A DNA stretch of 48,527 nt from Acidobacteriota bacterium (GCA_014894455.1 JADBLN010000030.1:13547-62073), one strand, 5' to 3'. Positions 1-9,170 are shown, numbered from the stretch's first letter. The notes: a model not told the origin generated them from the sequence alone. A program made the numbers and translations.

Positions 1-1
1 G

Positions 2-883
2 GTCGCCCTGATGGAGGGACAGGGCGCAGAAGGAGCACCGCCCGACGCATCCCCGATGAGTCTGGACCGAGAAGCGGGCCATGCCCAGTTCGGGGAAGCC
101 CTCCGGGATGCGGCGCGTGAAAGGCAGGCCGTACACCCGGTCGAGGTCCGCCGGCGTGTAATCCGGGGCCGGGTACTGGACGACGAAGCGGTTGGCGTGT
201 TTCTGGGCGATCGCCCGCCGGTTCGACAGGCGCTTCTGCGCATCGCAGAATTTATCCTTGTCCGCCTTGACCTCCTCGAACGAGGGAATGACGAGCGCTC
301 CCTCGGGCGCCTCGGCCCGCATGACGCACGTCCCCCGGATGCCGTCGAGATCTTCGCCCCGGTCGAGCCGCTTGGCGATCTCGACGACCTGGAGCTCGCC
401 CGGCCCGTAGACGAGGATGTCGGCCCGCGTGTCGAGGAGGATCGAACGGCGAACGTCGTCGCCCCAGTAATCGTAGTGGGAGAAGCGCCGGAGCGAGGCC
501 TCGATGCCTCCGAGCACAATACGCGCGCCCTTGTGGAGTTCCCGGATCCGGTTGGCGTAAACGATGACCGCCCTATCCGGCATACGCGACTGGAAGGGCG
601 CGTTCGGGTCGACGGCCCGCTCCCGCTTGAGCGGCGTGTAGTTGACGAGCATGCTGTCGATCGAGCCCGAGGTGACGCCGAAGAAGAGCCGCGGCCGGCC
701 GAGCCTGAGGAAATCCTCTGTCCCCTTCCAATCCGGGCATTCGATGACGCCAACCGCGTATCCTTCGGCGTCGAGCACCCGGGCGATCATCCCGACCGGC
801 GAAAGCGGGTGGTCGGCGTAGGGCTCTCCGCTGACGAGGATGACGTCGAACCCGGTCCCTTTTGTGGCAATCATCGTGGTCAT
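2..883 (-). CDS. ygiQ: YgiQ/UPF0313 family radical SAM protein (5' part; runs off the window start)
   Basis: Manual translation: MIATKGTGFDVILVSGEPYADHP...GVTSGSIDSMLVNYT...GGIEASLRRFSHYDYW...THRGCVGRCSFC (CxxxCxxC). Absent from the ORF track because it has no stop in the window. Start at 883 or 874. Confidence 0.9.
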   Translation of the reverse strand, partial: MTTMIATKGTGFDVILVSGEPYADHPLSPVGMIARVLDAEGYAVGVIECPDWKGTEDFLRLGRPRLFFGVTSGSIDSMLVNYTPLKRERAVDPNAPFQSRMPDRAVIVYANRIRELHKGARIVLGGIEASLRRFSHYDYWGDDVRRSILLDTRADILVYGPGELQVVEIAKRLDRGEDLDGIRGTCVMRAEAPEGALVIPSFEEVKADKDKFCDAQKRLSNRRAIAQKHANRFVVQYPAPDYTPADLDRVYGLPFTRRIPEGFPELGMARFSVQTHRGCVGRCSFCALSLHQGD

Positions 884-894
884 TTTACCCTAAA

Positions 895-984
895 TCGGGG
901 ACACAATACCCATTTCCGAATTGGGCGAGACTGACATGGCCGGCAAGCTAATGTTTAATTCGGAAATTGGTATTGTGTCCCCGA
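895..984. repeat. REP-like inverted repeat with GGGGACA ends (28-bp arms)
   Basis: tcggggacacaatacccatttccgaatt (895-922) and aattcggaaattggtattgtgtccccga (957-984), 1 mismatch. A single arm recurs at 44184-44212. Confidence 0.85.
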
Positions 985-985
985 A

Positions 986-1185
986 TTAATCGCGGGGCAG
1001 GGCGACCAGGCTGAAAGCGGCGTTGCCCAAGAGGATGAGCCCGGCGACGACCATCGGCACGTGGAGACCGGCGCGGAACCCCAGCCAGGAGAATGCCAGC
1101 GAGCCGGCCATGTGGCCGGAAGTTTGCAAGGCGGTCAGGATCCCAGCGCTCCCCCCGATCGTCTTTTTCTCGAAGAGGCGGGTCA
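986..1185 (-). pseudogene. C-terminal remnant of an MFS-type membrane protein
   Basis: Reads LFEKKTIGGSAGILTALQTSGHMAGSLAFSWLGFRAGLHVPMVVAGLILLGNAAFSLVALPRD*, like the last two MFS helices. No start codon; it begins at the DUF4097 stop. Confidence 0.55.
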
Positions 1186-2148
1186 GCTCTTCTTCAGCTC
1201 CACGTTGCCGCTGAAGCTCTTGAGCACGACCGTCGCCCCGCCCTTCCCGACCGTGCCGTGGATCTCGCGTGGCGAGATCTTGCCGACGACCTGGATCTCG
1301 AAATCGCTGTCGATGTCGCCGCTGAACGTGTTGGCCTCGAAGTCGAAGGCCGAGTCCGCCGGGATGGTCATTCGAACGTCGCCGCTGTGGGTCTTGAGCT
1401 CGTAGCGGCCGCCCGCCTTGATCTTGCCGGCATAGGTGATGTTGCCGCTGACGTTCTTGGCGCTGACCGTCTGGGCCTCGGAGACGTCCCGGAGGTCGAT
1501 GTCGCCGCTCACGGCCTCGGCTTCGACCGAGCCCTTGACCCGGGTGACGTCGATGTTCCCCGAGACGGTCTTCAGGTAGGCGTCCCCAGCGATATTCTCC
1601 AGAGTCAGCTCGCCGCTGACGAGGTCGACCTCCGCCCCCGCCGCGCCCAGCAGGTCGACGTTCCCGCTGACGCATTTGACGCGGGCGTGCCCGCCGATGG
1701 CCGCGACCCGGACGTCACCGCTCACGGACTTGAGCTCGACGGCCGCCGTGTCCGGGATCCAGAGCTTGTAGTCCACGGAGACGTTGATGGAGTCGCCGCC
1801 CCAGAAGCCGCCGCTGCGCTTGGGGTACTTCGTTTCGACGCGGACGAGGTCGGCGTCCTTGGTCACTTCGATGGTCACCAGGGCCGCGTTCTCCTTGGCC
1901 TTGGCCAGGGAGCCCGCCTTCGACGTCTTGACCGCCTCGATCTTGACCTGGGCTTCCTTCCAGGTCATGATCTCGATCTGGCCGGAGACGTTGCTCAGGT
2001 ACAATTTGCCGTTCTTGGCCAGGGCTTCGGTCTTCTCGAACTTCTCCTGGAACTTTTCCTCGGCCAGGGCCGGGGCAGCCACAAAGGCCAGGACGAAAGC
2101 CGCGCCCATCAGGGCGGCCTGCCATTTTCGGTTCGTTTTTGTCATCAT
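1183..2148 (-). CDS. DUF4097 family beta-strand repeat protein, exported
   Basis: Signal peptide (APALA/EE) and repeated xxVSGdI/vSGnV motifs; last gene of an ECF operon. Confidence 0.88.
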   Translation of the reverse strand: MMTKTNRKWQAALMGAAFVLAFVAAPALAEEKFQEKFEKTEALAKNGKLYLSNVSGQIEIMTWKEAQVKIEAVKTSKAGSLAKAKENAALVTIEVTKDADLVRVETKYPKRSGGFWGGDSINVSVDYKLWIPDTAAVELKSVSGDVRVAAIGGHARVKCVSGNVDLLGAAGAEVDLVSGELTLENIAGDAYLKTVSGNIDVTRVKGSVEAEAVSGDIDLRDVSEAQTVSAKNVSGNITYAGKIKAGGRYELKTHSGDVRMTIPADSAFDFEANTFSGDIDSDFEIQVVGKISPREIHGTVGKGGATVVLKSFSGNVELKKS

Positions 2149-2170
2149 GATGGTCCTCCTTCTCGGTGTC

Positions 2171-2869
2171 TTAAAGTATCTTCTTCCCCTTGCCCACGGC
2201 TTCCCGGCCCTGTCTCTGCAGATCCAGGGCCGAATCGAGCAAGGTCACTTTTTCGGTGTAAGCAGACAGCAGGTAGCTCCTGGCCTGGAGGTCGTCGGGT
2301 TCCTCGAGGACCGCCCGGCGGCAGGCCTGGATCGTGGCGTCGATGACGGACAGGTTGCGGTCGAAGAGTTCCGCGACCTGGGGGACGAGCGCGCCCTTCT
2401 CTGATGCGAAGGCTTCGCTGAGGGATTTGATGGCCGCCTGATAGTGGCCTTCGGCCTCATCGAGCTTGGCCAGAGTGTATTTCTCGCCCCTGTCCGATCC
2501 CACCGGAGTCCCCTGCCGTCTCAGGCGCGTGCCTATGACGACGCCTGAGACGACGAGCACGATGGCCAGCGCGGCGACGCCGGCGTAGCGCAGGGCCGGG
2601 AGGCTCAACCCGAAGAGGGGACCAAGTCCTACGCGCTCCGGTTTCAGGTCCGCGGCGGCGAGCCCGGCCCGGATGCCTTTCCAGACCCTGTCCGACGGCT
2701 CCGGCGCGTCGAGCTTGGCGGCGTCGCCGGCGATCGCCCGGAGATCCTCGAGGAGCGCGCGGCACTCGCCGCACGATGCGAGGTGGCGCTCGAGCCGGGC
2801 CGCCTGCCGCCCGGAGAGCTCGCCGTCGATCAACCGGCTGATGTATTCGTTGGCTTTACGGCATTTCAT
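2171..2869 (-). CDS. Zinc-finger (zf-HC2) transmembrane anti-sigma factor
   Basis: MKC...HLASCGEC (HxxxCxxC), one TM helix, directly downstream of an ECF sigma gene. Confidence 0.88.
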   Translation of the reverse strand: MKCRKANEYISRLIDGELSGRQAARLERHLASCGECRALLEDLRAIAGDAAKLDAPEPSDRVWKGIRAGLAAADLKPERVGLGPLFGLSLPALRYAGVAALAIVLVVSGVVIGTRLRRQGTPVGSDRGEKYTLAKLDEAEGHYQAAIKSLSEAFASEKGALVPQVAELFDRNLSVIDATIQACRRAVLEEPDDLQARSYLLSAYTEKVTLLDSALDLQRQGREAVGKGKKIL

Positions 2870-2881
2870 CGTCGTTCTCCC

Positions 2882-3565
2882 TCAGATGGCCTTTTTGGCC
2901 CGTAGGTACTCGCGGACCTTGATCCTGGCCTTGAAGAGCTGGGACTTCGACGTCCCGACCGCGCAGCCAAGCGTCCGCGCGATCTCTTCGTGCTTGAACC
3001 CCTGGACGTCGTGGAGGACAAAAACGCTCCGCAGACGCGGCGCCAGCCCCTGGATGGCCTCGTCCAGGGGCTTCCGGAGGTCACTTTCGACGGGTTCGCC
3101 GCCCCGCTCTTCGAGACGGCCATCTAGGTCGGACAGGGGGACGAGCTTGACGCCCTGGGCCTTTTTCTGGCGGAGGTAGCTGTAGCTGGTGTTGAGGGCG
3201 ATCCGGAAGACCCAGCCGGGGAAGGTCCCGGTGTCGCGGACGTCCCGGAGGTGGGTGAAGATCTTGAGGAAAACATCCTGGAGGAGGTCCTCAGCGACGG
3301 CCTGGTTCTGCGTGTGCCTGTAGATGAGGCCGAAAACCGGCCGCTTAAACATCTCGTAGAGGGATTCCATGGCCGCCAGATCGCCGTCGCGTCCGCGCTT
3401 GACGAGCTCAGCCAGGCGGGCCTTGTCGGCCGTCCCCCAGACGGGTCCCTCCCGGCTCGCCCGCTCCATGTCTAGGGCCGCCTCCAGGAAGGATTCGTAC
3501 TCCGCACGGAGGGTATTATCGCCGATTTGGCCTTGAATCGCCAGGATCAAGCCGGGTGAGTCCAT
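2882..3565 (-). CDS. ECF RNA polymerase sigma factor
   Basis: Region 2 (AEDLLQDVFLKIF...FPGWVFRIALN) and region 4 (VFVLHDVQGFKHEEIARTLGCAVGTSKSQLFKAR). Start uncertain: 3565 or 3469. Confidence 0.92.
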   Translation of the reverse strand: MDSPGLILAIQGQIGDNTLRAEYESFLEAALDMERASREGPVWGTADKARLAELVKRGRDGDLAAMESLYEMFKRPVFGLIYRHTQNQAVAEDLLQDVFLKIFTHLRDVRDTGTFPGWVFRIALNTSYSYLRQKKAQGVKLVPLSDLDGRLEERGGEPVESDLRKPLDEAIQGLAPRLRSVFVLHDVQGFKHEEIARTLGCAVGTSKSQLFKARIKVREYLRAKKAI

Positions 3566-3582
3566 TTCTTGCCTCATCCGTA

Positions 3583-3610
3583 TAGATGAAAAAGCCGGGC
3601 AAAAGGTTGC
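3583..3610 (-). promoter_or_regulatory. Putative autoregulatory ECF promoter GCAACC-N16-CATCTA
   Basis: Fits the AAC(-35)/CGT-like(-10) ECF pattern just upstream of the sigma gene. Confidence 0.5.
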
Positions 3611-3655
3611 CCCGCCGGGCTTGTTTCCCCTATCCGTTGTTGTTATCATGAGCCC

Positions 3656-4222
3656 GTGGATATCAAAGACGTCCTGACGAAGATCGGCGCGACCGAAGCT
3701 CCCCTCGCCCGCCAGATGCTGATGACCGGTTTGATCACCCGCGTTCTGGAGGACCGGGGCAAGCCGGCGCCGGTCCTCATCGGGGGCTTGGCCCTTTCTT
3801 ATTACACCCGCGAGGTTTATTTCACGGCCGACATCGATCTGGCCTACGTCGACCGCGATGCTCTAGACGCGGCGCTGCGGGAGCTGGGTTTCGTCAAAAA
3901 GGGCCGCTATTGGGTCCATGAGGGACTGGACATGGCCGTTGAGGCTCCCGCTTCCGAGCTCACCGGCGAGGATGCCCCGCGCGAAACCGTCGAGCTCGAA
4001 GGAGGCCTGCGCTGCGTCGTCATCGGCCTCGAAGACCTGATCATCGACCGGATGAACGCGTGCAAACATTGGAAATCCGAGGTTGACTGCGAAATGACGG
4101 AGCTTCTGATCATGCGCTATCGGCAGGAACTCGACTGGGTCTATCTTGAGAAGAGGGCGGCTCTTCCGGTAAACGACACTCTGGCCGAGCTTCGCGCGCT
4201 GAAAGACCGGAAATCCCCATGA
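3656..4222 (+). CDS. Pol-beta superfamily nucleotidyltransferase (DUF6036/AbiEii-like)
   Basis: PVLIGGLALSYY...TADIDL (GG plus DxD) and a C-terminal EDLIIDR...LDWVYL helix; GTG start. Confidence 0.75.
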   Translation: MDIKDVLTKIGATEAPLARQMLMTGLITRVLEDRGKPAPVLIGGLALSYYTREVYFTADIDLAYVDRDALDAALRELGFVKKGRYWVHEGLDMAVEAPASELTGEDAPRETVELEGGLRCVVIGLEDLIIDRMNACKHWKSEVDCEMTELLIMRYRQELDWVYLEKRAALPVNDTLAELRALKDRKSP

Positions 4223-4440
4223 GACCGGCAGATAAAACACGGCAACAAGCGTCCGCCACCGAGATGTTGCTTCTCCGCGACCGCCTGGGACTCCGGAAAT
4301 ACAAGAAGACGGCGAAGCGGGACCCGGAGAAGAAAGAGCTCCTTCTGAAGTTGGCCCTGAAGAAGATCGAGAAGGCCGAACGCGATAATTTTATTCCGAT
4401 AGGATTCCGGAAACGCCGCGTCCGATTTCCCGTCGCGTGA
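4219..4440 (+). CDS. Small basic protein coupled to the NTase (possible partner)
   Basis: ATGA overlap with the NTase stop; 73 aa, K/R-rich. Confidence 0.5.
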   Translation: MRPADKTRQQASATEMLLLRDRLGLRKYKKTAKRDPEKKELLLKLALKKIEKAERDNFIPIGFRKRRVRFPVA

Positions 4441-4473
4441 CGGATTTTTCGACCGCAGGCGAAATAGTTCGCC

Positions 4474-4633
4474 TCAGGCCGGGCAGGCCAAGGATGCCCA
4501 TCGTGACGCCGGAGGTCGGCAGGACGGGGTTGATGTACTCGGCCAGCTGGAAGGCGAAGACGGAAGTTTGCCGGGTGATGCCGACGAGGTCGCCCAGGGG
4601 AGCCATGATGGGGATGGTCAGGGCCGCCTGGGC
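4474..4633 (-). pseudogene. Diverged duplicate of a yfcC 3' segment
   Basis: Ungapped 160-bp match to 9437-9596 with 11 differences (manual count); encodes AQAALTIPIMAPLGDLVGITRQTSVFAFQLAEYINPVLPTSGVTMGILGL. Confidence 0.9.
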
Positions 4634-4759
4634 ATCTTCGGGAAGTCCGATCTCGATAAGGACAAACTCCTCCCGACGTAGGGGTGAGACCGGGGGCCGG
4701 GCGGTCCGCCGGTGGCTTCCGCCGCCTTTTTCCGTCAAGACGCGCTAATGGTTATTGAC

Positions 4760-5395
4760 CTACAAAATTTTCTGTTCGAGTCTTTTCTTGAGGCTAGCGG
4801 CGCTATAAGTAACATCGACGGAGTAGTCCAGCTTGCCATCCCTGCCCTCGGCGTACCAACATCTGGAGAGATAGACGTTTATGCTATACTTGTCAGAAGT
4901 TCCGCTGTCCGCCAATTCCCAATCAGCAATCGCATACTCAAGCGCTGCGCCGCCGGCTTCCAGCTCCTTCTCATTCGCCCTGTCTTCTTTGGTCTTCGGA
5001 TCCCAGATCCAATGCTTCTGAGGCGGGCCGTATTTTTCACTCAGCATGCTGACGATCCGATCGAAGGTGCTTTGCGGCCCCGGACGATGAGGACCCTTAG
5101 CGCATTCACTAGCCGTGCCCGAATAGAAAGAATTGGCGATCGAATAAAAGCTCAAATAACAGGAAGCCCCGGCGAATTCGCCTTTAAATACCAGCTTGCT
5201 GCCGTAATCGCCCTTGAGTTGCCTGTAGCCCTGTTCTTTCATGGTTTGAATGATTTGATCGCGACTCGCTCCCCAAGGCACTCCCGCGAATCCATCCGGT
5301 ACCTCGCCCGCCCAGGCCATGCAGGAGAACATGACAACCAATACTGCCAATAAAGCTGAAACTGCGACTCGATCGATCGTTTTTGTTTTTCTCAT
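4760..5395 (-). CDS. Hypothetical exported protein
   Basis: AAGGAGG RBS before ATG 5395; signal peptide (AWA/GE); FAGVPWGAS N-terminal motif; lower GC than the backbone. Confidence 0.75.
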   Translation of the reverse strand: MRKTKTIDRVAVSALLAVLVVMFSCMAWAGEVPDGFAGVPWGASRDQIIQTMKEQGYRQLKGDYGSKLVFKGEFAGASCYLSFYSIANSFYSGTASECAKGPHRPGPQSTFDRIVSMLSEKYGPPQKHWIWDPKTKEDRANEKELEAGGAALEYAIADWELADSGTSDKYSINVYLSRCWYAEGRDGKLDYSVDVTYSAASLKKRLEQKIL

Positions 5396-5481
5396 CGTTT
5401 CCTCCTTTTTCGCATAGAGCATGAATGCGCCGGTTCGGTCGACAGGACGGGAGCGTGGCTACTTGGCCTTCGTGATCTTAA

Positions 5482-5912
5482 GGATAAGAATTTGCTTTTT
5501 CTGAGCGAGCTGAATTCCCCCTCCCGGCATTGAATTTGCCCCCCAGTCCATGGTGGAACTGTACCCCCGGCCGGGCGGCGATGTCAATAACCGCGAAAAC
5601 CGCGCCCGAAGATCCAATAGGGGCGAGAAACCTCGCCGCGACGGCTAAAAGACGATAGACTTCTGTTCCCCCCTGATCACAAAATACTCAACAATATTCC
5701 CCTTTGACCTTTCCCCGGTGGGCGTTGGCGTAGAGTCCATAATAGCGCATCATGACCTGACCCTTATCAGGGATGTGGGAGGTCACCCGGGCGATGAACT
5801 CCAGATAATTCATCGTCTCCTGCTCCACGCCGCCCCGGCCCCGGCGATAACCGAACTTGCCCTCGGGTTCCAGAAACGTCAGCCTCTCCATGGCGAGCAC
5901 CGGTCGAATCAA
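5482..5912 (-). mobile_element. IS91/ISCR-family rolling-circle element remnant (truncated Y2 transposase plus putative oriIS end)
   Basis: ORF 5912-5688 has LEFIARVTSHIPDKGQVMMRYYGLYANAHRGK, the conserved IS91-type C-terminal motif, but lacks the HUH/Tyr catalytic region. The element ends in GCAAATTCTTATCC, resembling ISCR oriIS termini (TTCCTATAC). Confidence 0.7.
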
Positions 5913-6050
5913 AGAACCTGGTTTCTGTTCCTGTGTTTGTTTACGAGGGGAACTGACATCCGGAGAAAGTCCATGATGAGGACGTGGGAGGGCCGAGCCG
6001 AGGGCCTTCGGCCTAGTCCAGGAAGTAAGATTCTCGACGATCTCGTCGCA

Positions 6051-6252
6051 GAGGCGTGGAGAGACGGGGAAAAAGGGGATTGTATTGTTGTGCTAGCGAG
6101 GATGATATAGAATTGGGCTAGCATCAAGGAGGGCCGATATGAAAAAACTATTCTGCTTTCTTGTCGGGATAAGTTTCCTAGTTTCCTGCGGGAGCAGACA
6201 ACCTCAGATCGATAAGGTCATCGAAGACGGAGTAGAGGTCGTCCTGAATCAT
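6051..6252 (+). repeat. Shared 202-bp header (upstream region, RBS, first 38 codons), copy 1
   Basis: Ungapped alignment to 7467-7668; identical gctagcatcaaggagggccgatatgaaaa; about 89% identity over the 114 coding nt. Confidence 0.88.
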
Positions 6253-7326
6253 CTTGAGCCGTACACGCTTATAGGAGAACGAGACAATTTAAATCTTGAA
6301 AAACTATTCACCGTAGATTTTGAACGCGATGAATTTGCAAAGATCGGAATCCCAAGGATCGGAGGATTTAACGTTGATTCCGAGGGTAATATCTATGTTT
6401 GGAGCTGGCCAGGCTCAGAGTATTTCATCTTTAAATTCGACAAAAGCGGGGAATATGTGAATTCATTCGGTCGTAAGGGCCAAGGGCCTGGTGAGATCGA
6501 AATGCTTGTATATCTCAGAGTAAACGCAAAGGATGAAGTCATTGTTTTTGATGATACGAGAAAAAAGATAATTATTTTCGATAATGAAGGTTCGCTTATT
6601 GGGGAGATTCAACTTGAGCGCCATATTCTGTATGCAACGCCTCTTGCCAACGGTAAGATACTAGCTTTGTACGAGCGATTCAATCCGGAGGAAGGAATAG
6701 CTGACCTCCCTGTCGTCCTAATGGCATCTGGTTCCGAACAAGACAGAATTCTTCATTCTGGGGAAAGGATTCCTAATTGGTTTAGAGCGCAGAAAATTAA
6801 TGCGATAACTACGGCTCAAAGCTATAGCCAATGGAGCATCACGGATAAACATATTTTTATCGGCAATAAGGTGAGTGGATATCAATTTCTGGTCTATGAT
6901 TTCAATGGGATGCTCGTCAAAAAGATCAGAAAGGAATACCGTCCTGTGCCAGTTCCTGAAGAAATTAAAAAAAGTCTCCTGAAAGTATTCAATAGATCAG
7001 ATCGCGAAAGAACACAAGTGCTGCCAAAGGTATTTTTCCCTGATGCGATGTTTCCTATTCAGTACTTTTTTACGGATGACCACGAGCGGTTATATGTCAT
7101 GACCTTTGAAAAAGGAGATGGGCCAAGGGCTTTCATGTACGATATCTTCAACTCGGAGGGCTTTTTCATTGGCAGGGTTTCCCTGGATAATTCCGGAAAT
7201 GAATCCAATGAGATATGGGGCGGGCCTTTTGATGTGAGAGCAAGAAACGATAATCTTTATTGCATGAGAGCTAAAGACAGCGGCTACCAGGAATTGACTG
7301 TTTACAAGATGGAATGGACAAAATGA
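6139..7326 (+). CDS. 6-bladed beta-propeller lipoprotein 1
   Basis: Lipobox FLVSC; VDSEGNIYV...FKFDKSG..FGRKGQGPGE (NHL-like blade); DIFNSEGFFIGR; AT-rich. Confidence 0.88.
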   Translation: MKKLFCFLVGISFLVSCGSRQPQIDKVIEDGVEVVLNHLEPYTLIGERDNLNLEKLFTVDFERDEFAKIGIPRIGGFNVDSEGNIYVWSWPGSEYFIFKFDKSGEYVNSFGRKGQGPGEIEMLVYLRVNAKDEVIVFDDTRKKIIIFDNEGSLIGEIQLERHILYATPLANGKILALYERFNPEEGIADLPVVLMASGSEQDRILHSGERIPNWFRAQKINAITTAQSYSQWSITDKHIFIGNKVSGYQFLVYDFNGMLVKKIRKEYRPVPVPEEIKKSLLKVFNRSDRERTQVLPKVFFPDAMFPIQYFFTDDHERLYVMTFEKGDGPRAFMYDIFNSEGFFIGRVSLDNSGNESNEIWGGPFDVRARNDNLYCMRAKDSGYQELTVYKMEWTK

Positions 7327-7466
7327 ATGTCCCCTGCGCCGACCCTTCCCCGGCCCTCTGTGCTAGGATCAACTTGGCTTTCGTGAGCGGGCCGGGGAAG
7401 CCCCCACCTTTTTGGTTCCCATCATCAACCCCCCTTTTCGGCCCGCACTTCGGGCCATGGCCGAGA

Positions 7467-7668
7467 GAGGCCAGGAGAGGCGGGGAAAAGGGGAATTATA
7501 TTGTAGTGCCTGCGATGCTGAGGTAGAGTCGAGCTAGCATCAAGGAGGGCCGATATGAAAAGAGTTTGCTGTTGTCTTCTCGGGATAAGTTTCCTGGTTT
7601 CCTGCGGGGGCAAACAACCTCAGATCGATAAGGTCATCGAAGACGGCGTAGAGGTCGTCCTGAACCAC
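7467..7668 (+). repeat. Shared 202-bp header, copy 2
   Basis: See 6051-6252. Confidence 0.88.
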
Positions 7669-8700
7669 ATCAATCCCTATATCGTTAGTGAAAAACCGAT
7701 GTCTTTCCGTCTGGAAGAGGAATTGCGGATCGATTTGGCGACGGAAGAATTTGTTAATCTTGGCATATCCTTTCCAGATCAAGTCCATGTGGATTCCGCA
7801 GGTAACATCTATATTTTTGATCGCCAGAGGAAGTCGGAATATTTCATTTTTAAATTCGATAAGTCAGGTAGGTTTGTGAGGTCTATGGGTCGATTTGGGC
7901 AGGGCCCTGGGGAAATCCAGGGCGTGACGTCGATTGGCATTAATTCCCGTGACGAAATCTGGACTAATAGTTCTGGTACTAGAAAGATAGTTGTTTACAA
8001 CAGAGAAGGGAATTTGATCAGGGAATCGCGATATGCACCCGTCTGGTGGGCTACGACGCTTCTGGAGAACGGAGGCTATATTGTGCTGGGAAACATCAAA
8101 GAAACAAGCCCGGCTGGCACAGGGTTTCACCTTCGGCTCTTCGACGCCGGTTTTCATGAGGTGAAACTTCTAGATTTTTATGATATGTCTCGTCTGAGGT
8201 CCGGGGGCAGAACGACCGGCTTGATTGTTTCTTTACACTGGAAAGTCCATAAAGACAGGATATTTATCGGCAATGATCAGCGTGGTTATGAAATATTGGT
8301 TTACGACCTTGGCGGGCGACTCCTAAGAAAAATCCGCAAGGAGTACGTCCCTGTCCAATATCCTGAGAATTTCAGGAAAGATACAGAAATCATGGCCAAA
8401 CGCAGACCGGAGATTTATGCGCCGGATTATACACCTCCATTCAATTCGTTTTTTATCGATGACAACGGATATCTTTTTGTCATGACTTATGAAAAAGGGG
8501 CTGAACCTGACGAATATCTGCACGACATATTCAATGAAGAGAGCATCTTCGTCGGAAGGGTTAGCCTCGGATTGTCTGGATCGATGGGGAGGGCGCTTAA
8601 CCATATGCACGCCGTTGCCGAAGGCGACCGATATTACCGCATGAGGTTTAAGGAAGACGATTATCCTGAATTGATTGTGTATAGGATGGTCTGGAACTAA
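7555..8700 (+). CDS. 6-bladed beta-propeller lipoprotein 2 (paralog)
   Basis: Lipobox FLVSC; VDSAGNIYI...FKFDKSG..GRFGQGPGE; same architecture as 6139-7326. Confidence 0.88.
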   Translation: MKRVCCCLLGISFLVSCGGKQPQIDKVIEDGVEVVLNHINPYIVSEKPMSFRLEEELRIDLATEEFVNLGISFPDQVHVDSAGNIYIFDRQRKSEYFIFKFDKSGRFVRSMGRFGQGPGEIQGVTSIGINSRDEIWTNSSGTRKIVVYNREGNLIRESRYAPVWWATTLLENGGYIVLGNIKETSPAGTGFHLRLFDAGFHEVKLLDFYDMSRLRSGGRTTGLIVSLHWKVHKDRIFIGNDQRGYEILVYDLGGRLLRKIRKEYVPVQYPENFRKDTEIMAKRRPEIYAPDYTPPFNSFFIDDNGYLFVMTYEKGAEPDEYLHDIFNEESIFVGRVSLGLSGSMGRALNHMHAVAEGDRYYRMRFKEDDYPELIVYRMVWN

Positions 8701-9170
8701 AGCACGGGGAGCCAGAGGCCCGAGGAGAGGGCATGGCCCCGATTGATCAAAAGGACGCCGGTGACGGCGGATGATCGCGCCTCATAGGGGAAAGTCGCTT
8801 GAAGGGGCGTGGGAGTCTCAGTCAGGTCCGGAATAATTCTTGGGTCTTTAAAAGTCGCAAGCTCTTCAGCGGCTTGGTACCGCACCTTATCGAACTCCGC
8901 CATTCTGCTATCCGTTTTCAAGATCGTAAGCAGGGCGTTCTTAGCATTCTCCGTTTTCAAGCCGGACAGCGCCTTACACAACTTATCTGCTCCATACCAC
9001 CAACTTCCTTTTCCCTTCCCGTCTGCACACTCAAGAAGAGTGGAAAGAATGTGCGGTGATACATCCTCGCCTGCTGAAAGGAGAGCGTCAAACGATTCCT
9101 TGACATCATCCAATTCATACTCTCTTACCAAAACATCTCTGATTGCCGATATGATCTCAGCTTCAGTCAT
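8697..9170 (-). pseudogene. HEAT-repeat-like protein, probably truncated at about 8815
   Basis: RBS then MTEAEII...VRYQAAEELATFKDPRIIPDL (HEAT-like). After that the sequence shifts abruptly to GC-rich DNA that does not look like protein coding. Confidence 0.55.

Noticed and set aside
11-934. 307-aa plus-strand ORF
   Set aside because: Antisense shadow of the YgiQ radical SAM gene.
4640-4760. IS200/IS605 or HEARO/omegaRNA-like ends (gtcaataacc...ttgac; cgtcgggaggagttt on the minus strand)
   Set aside because: Resemblance is limited to a few bases; no subterminal hairpin of the expected form and no tnpB/iscB.
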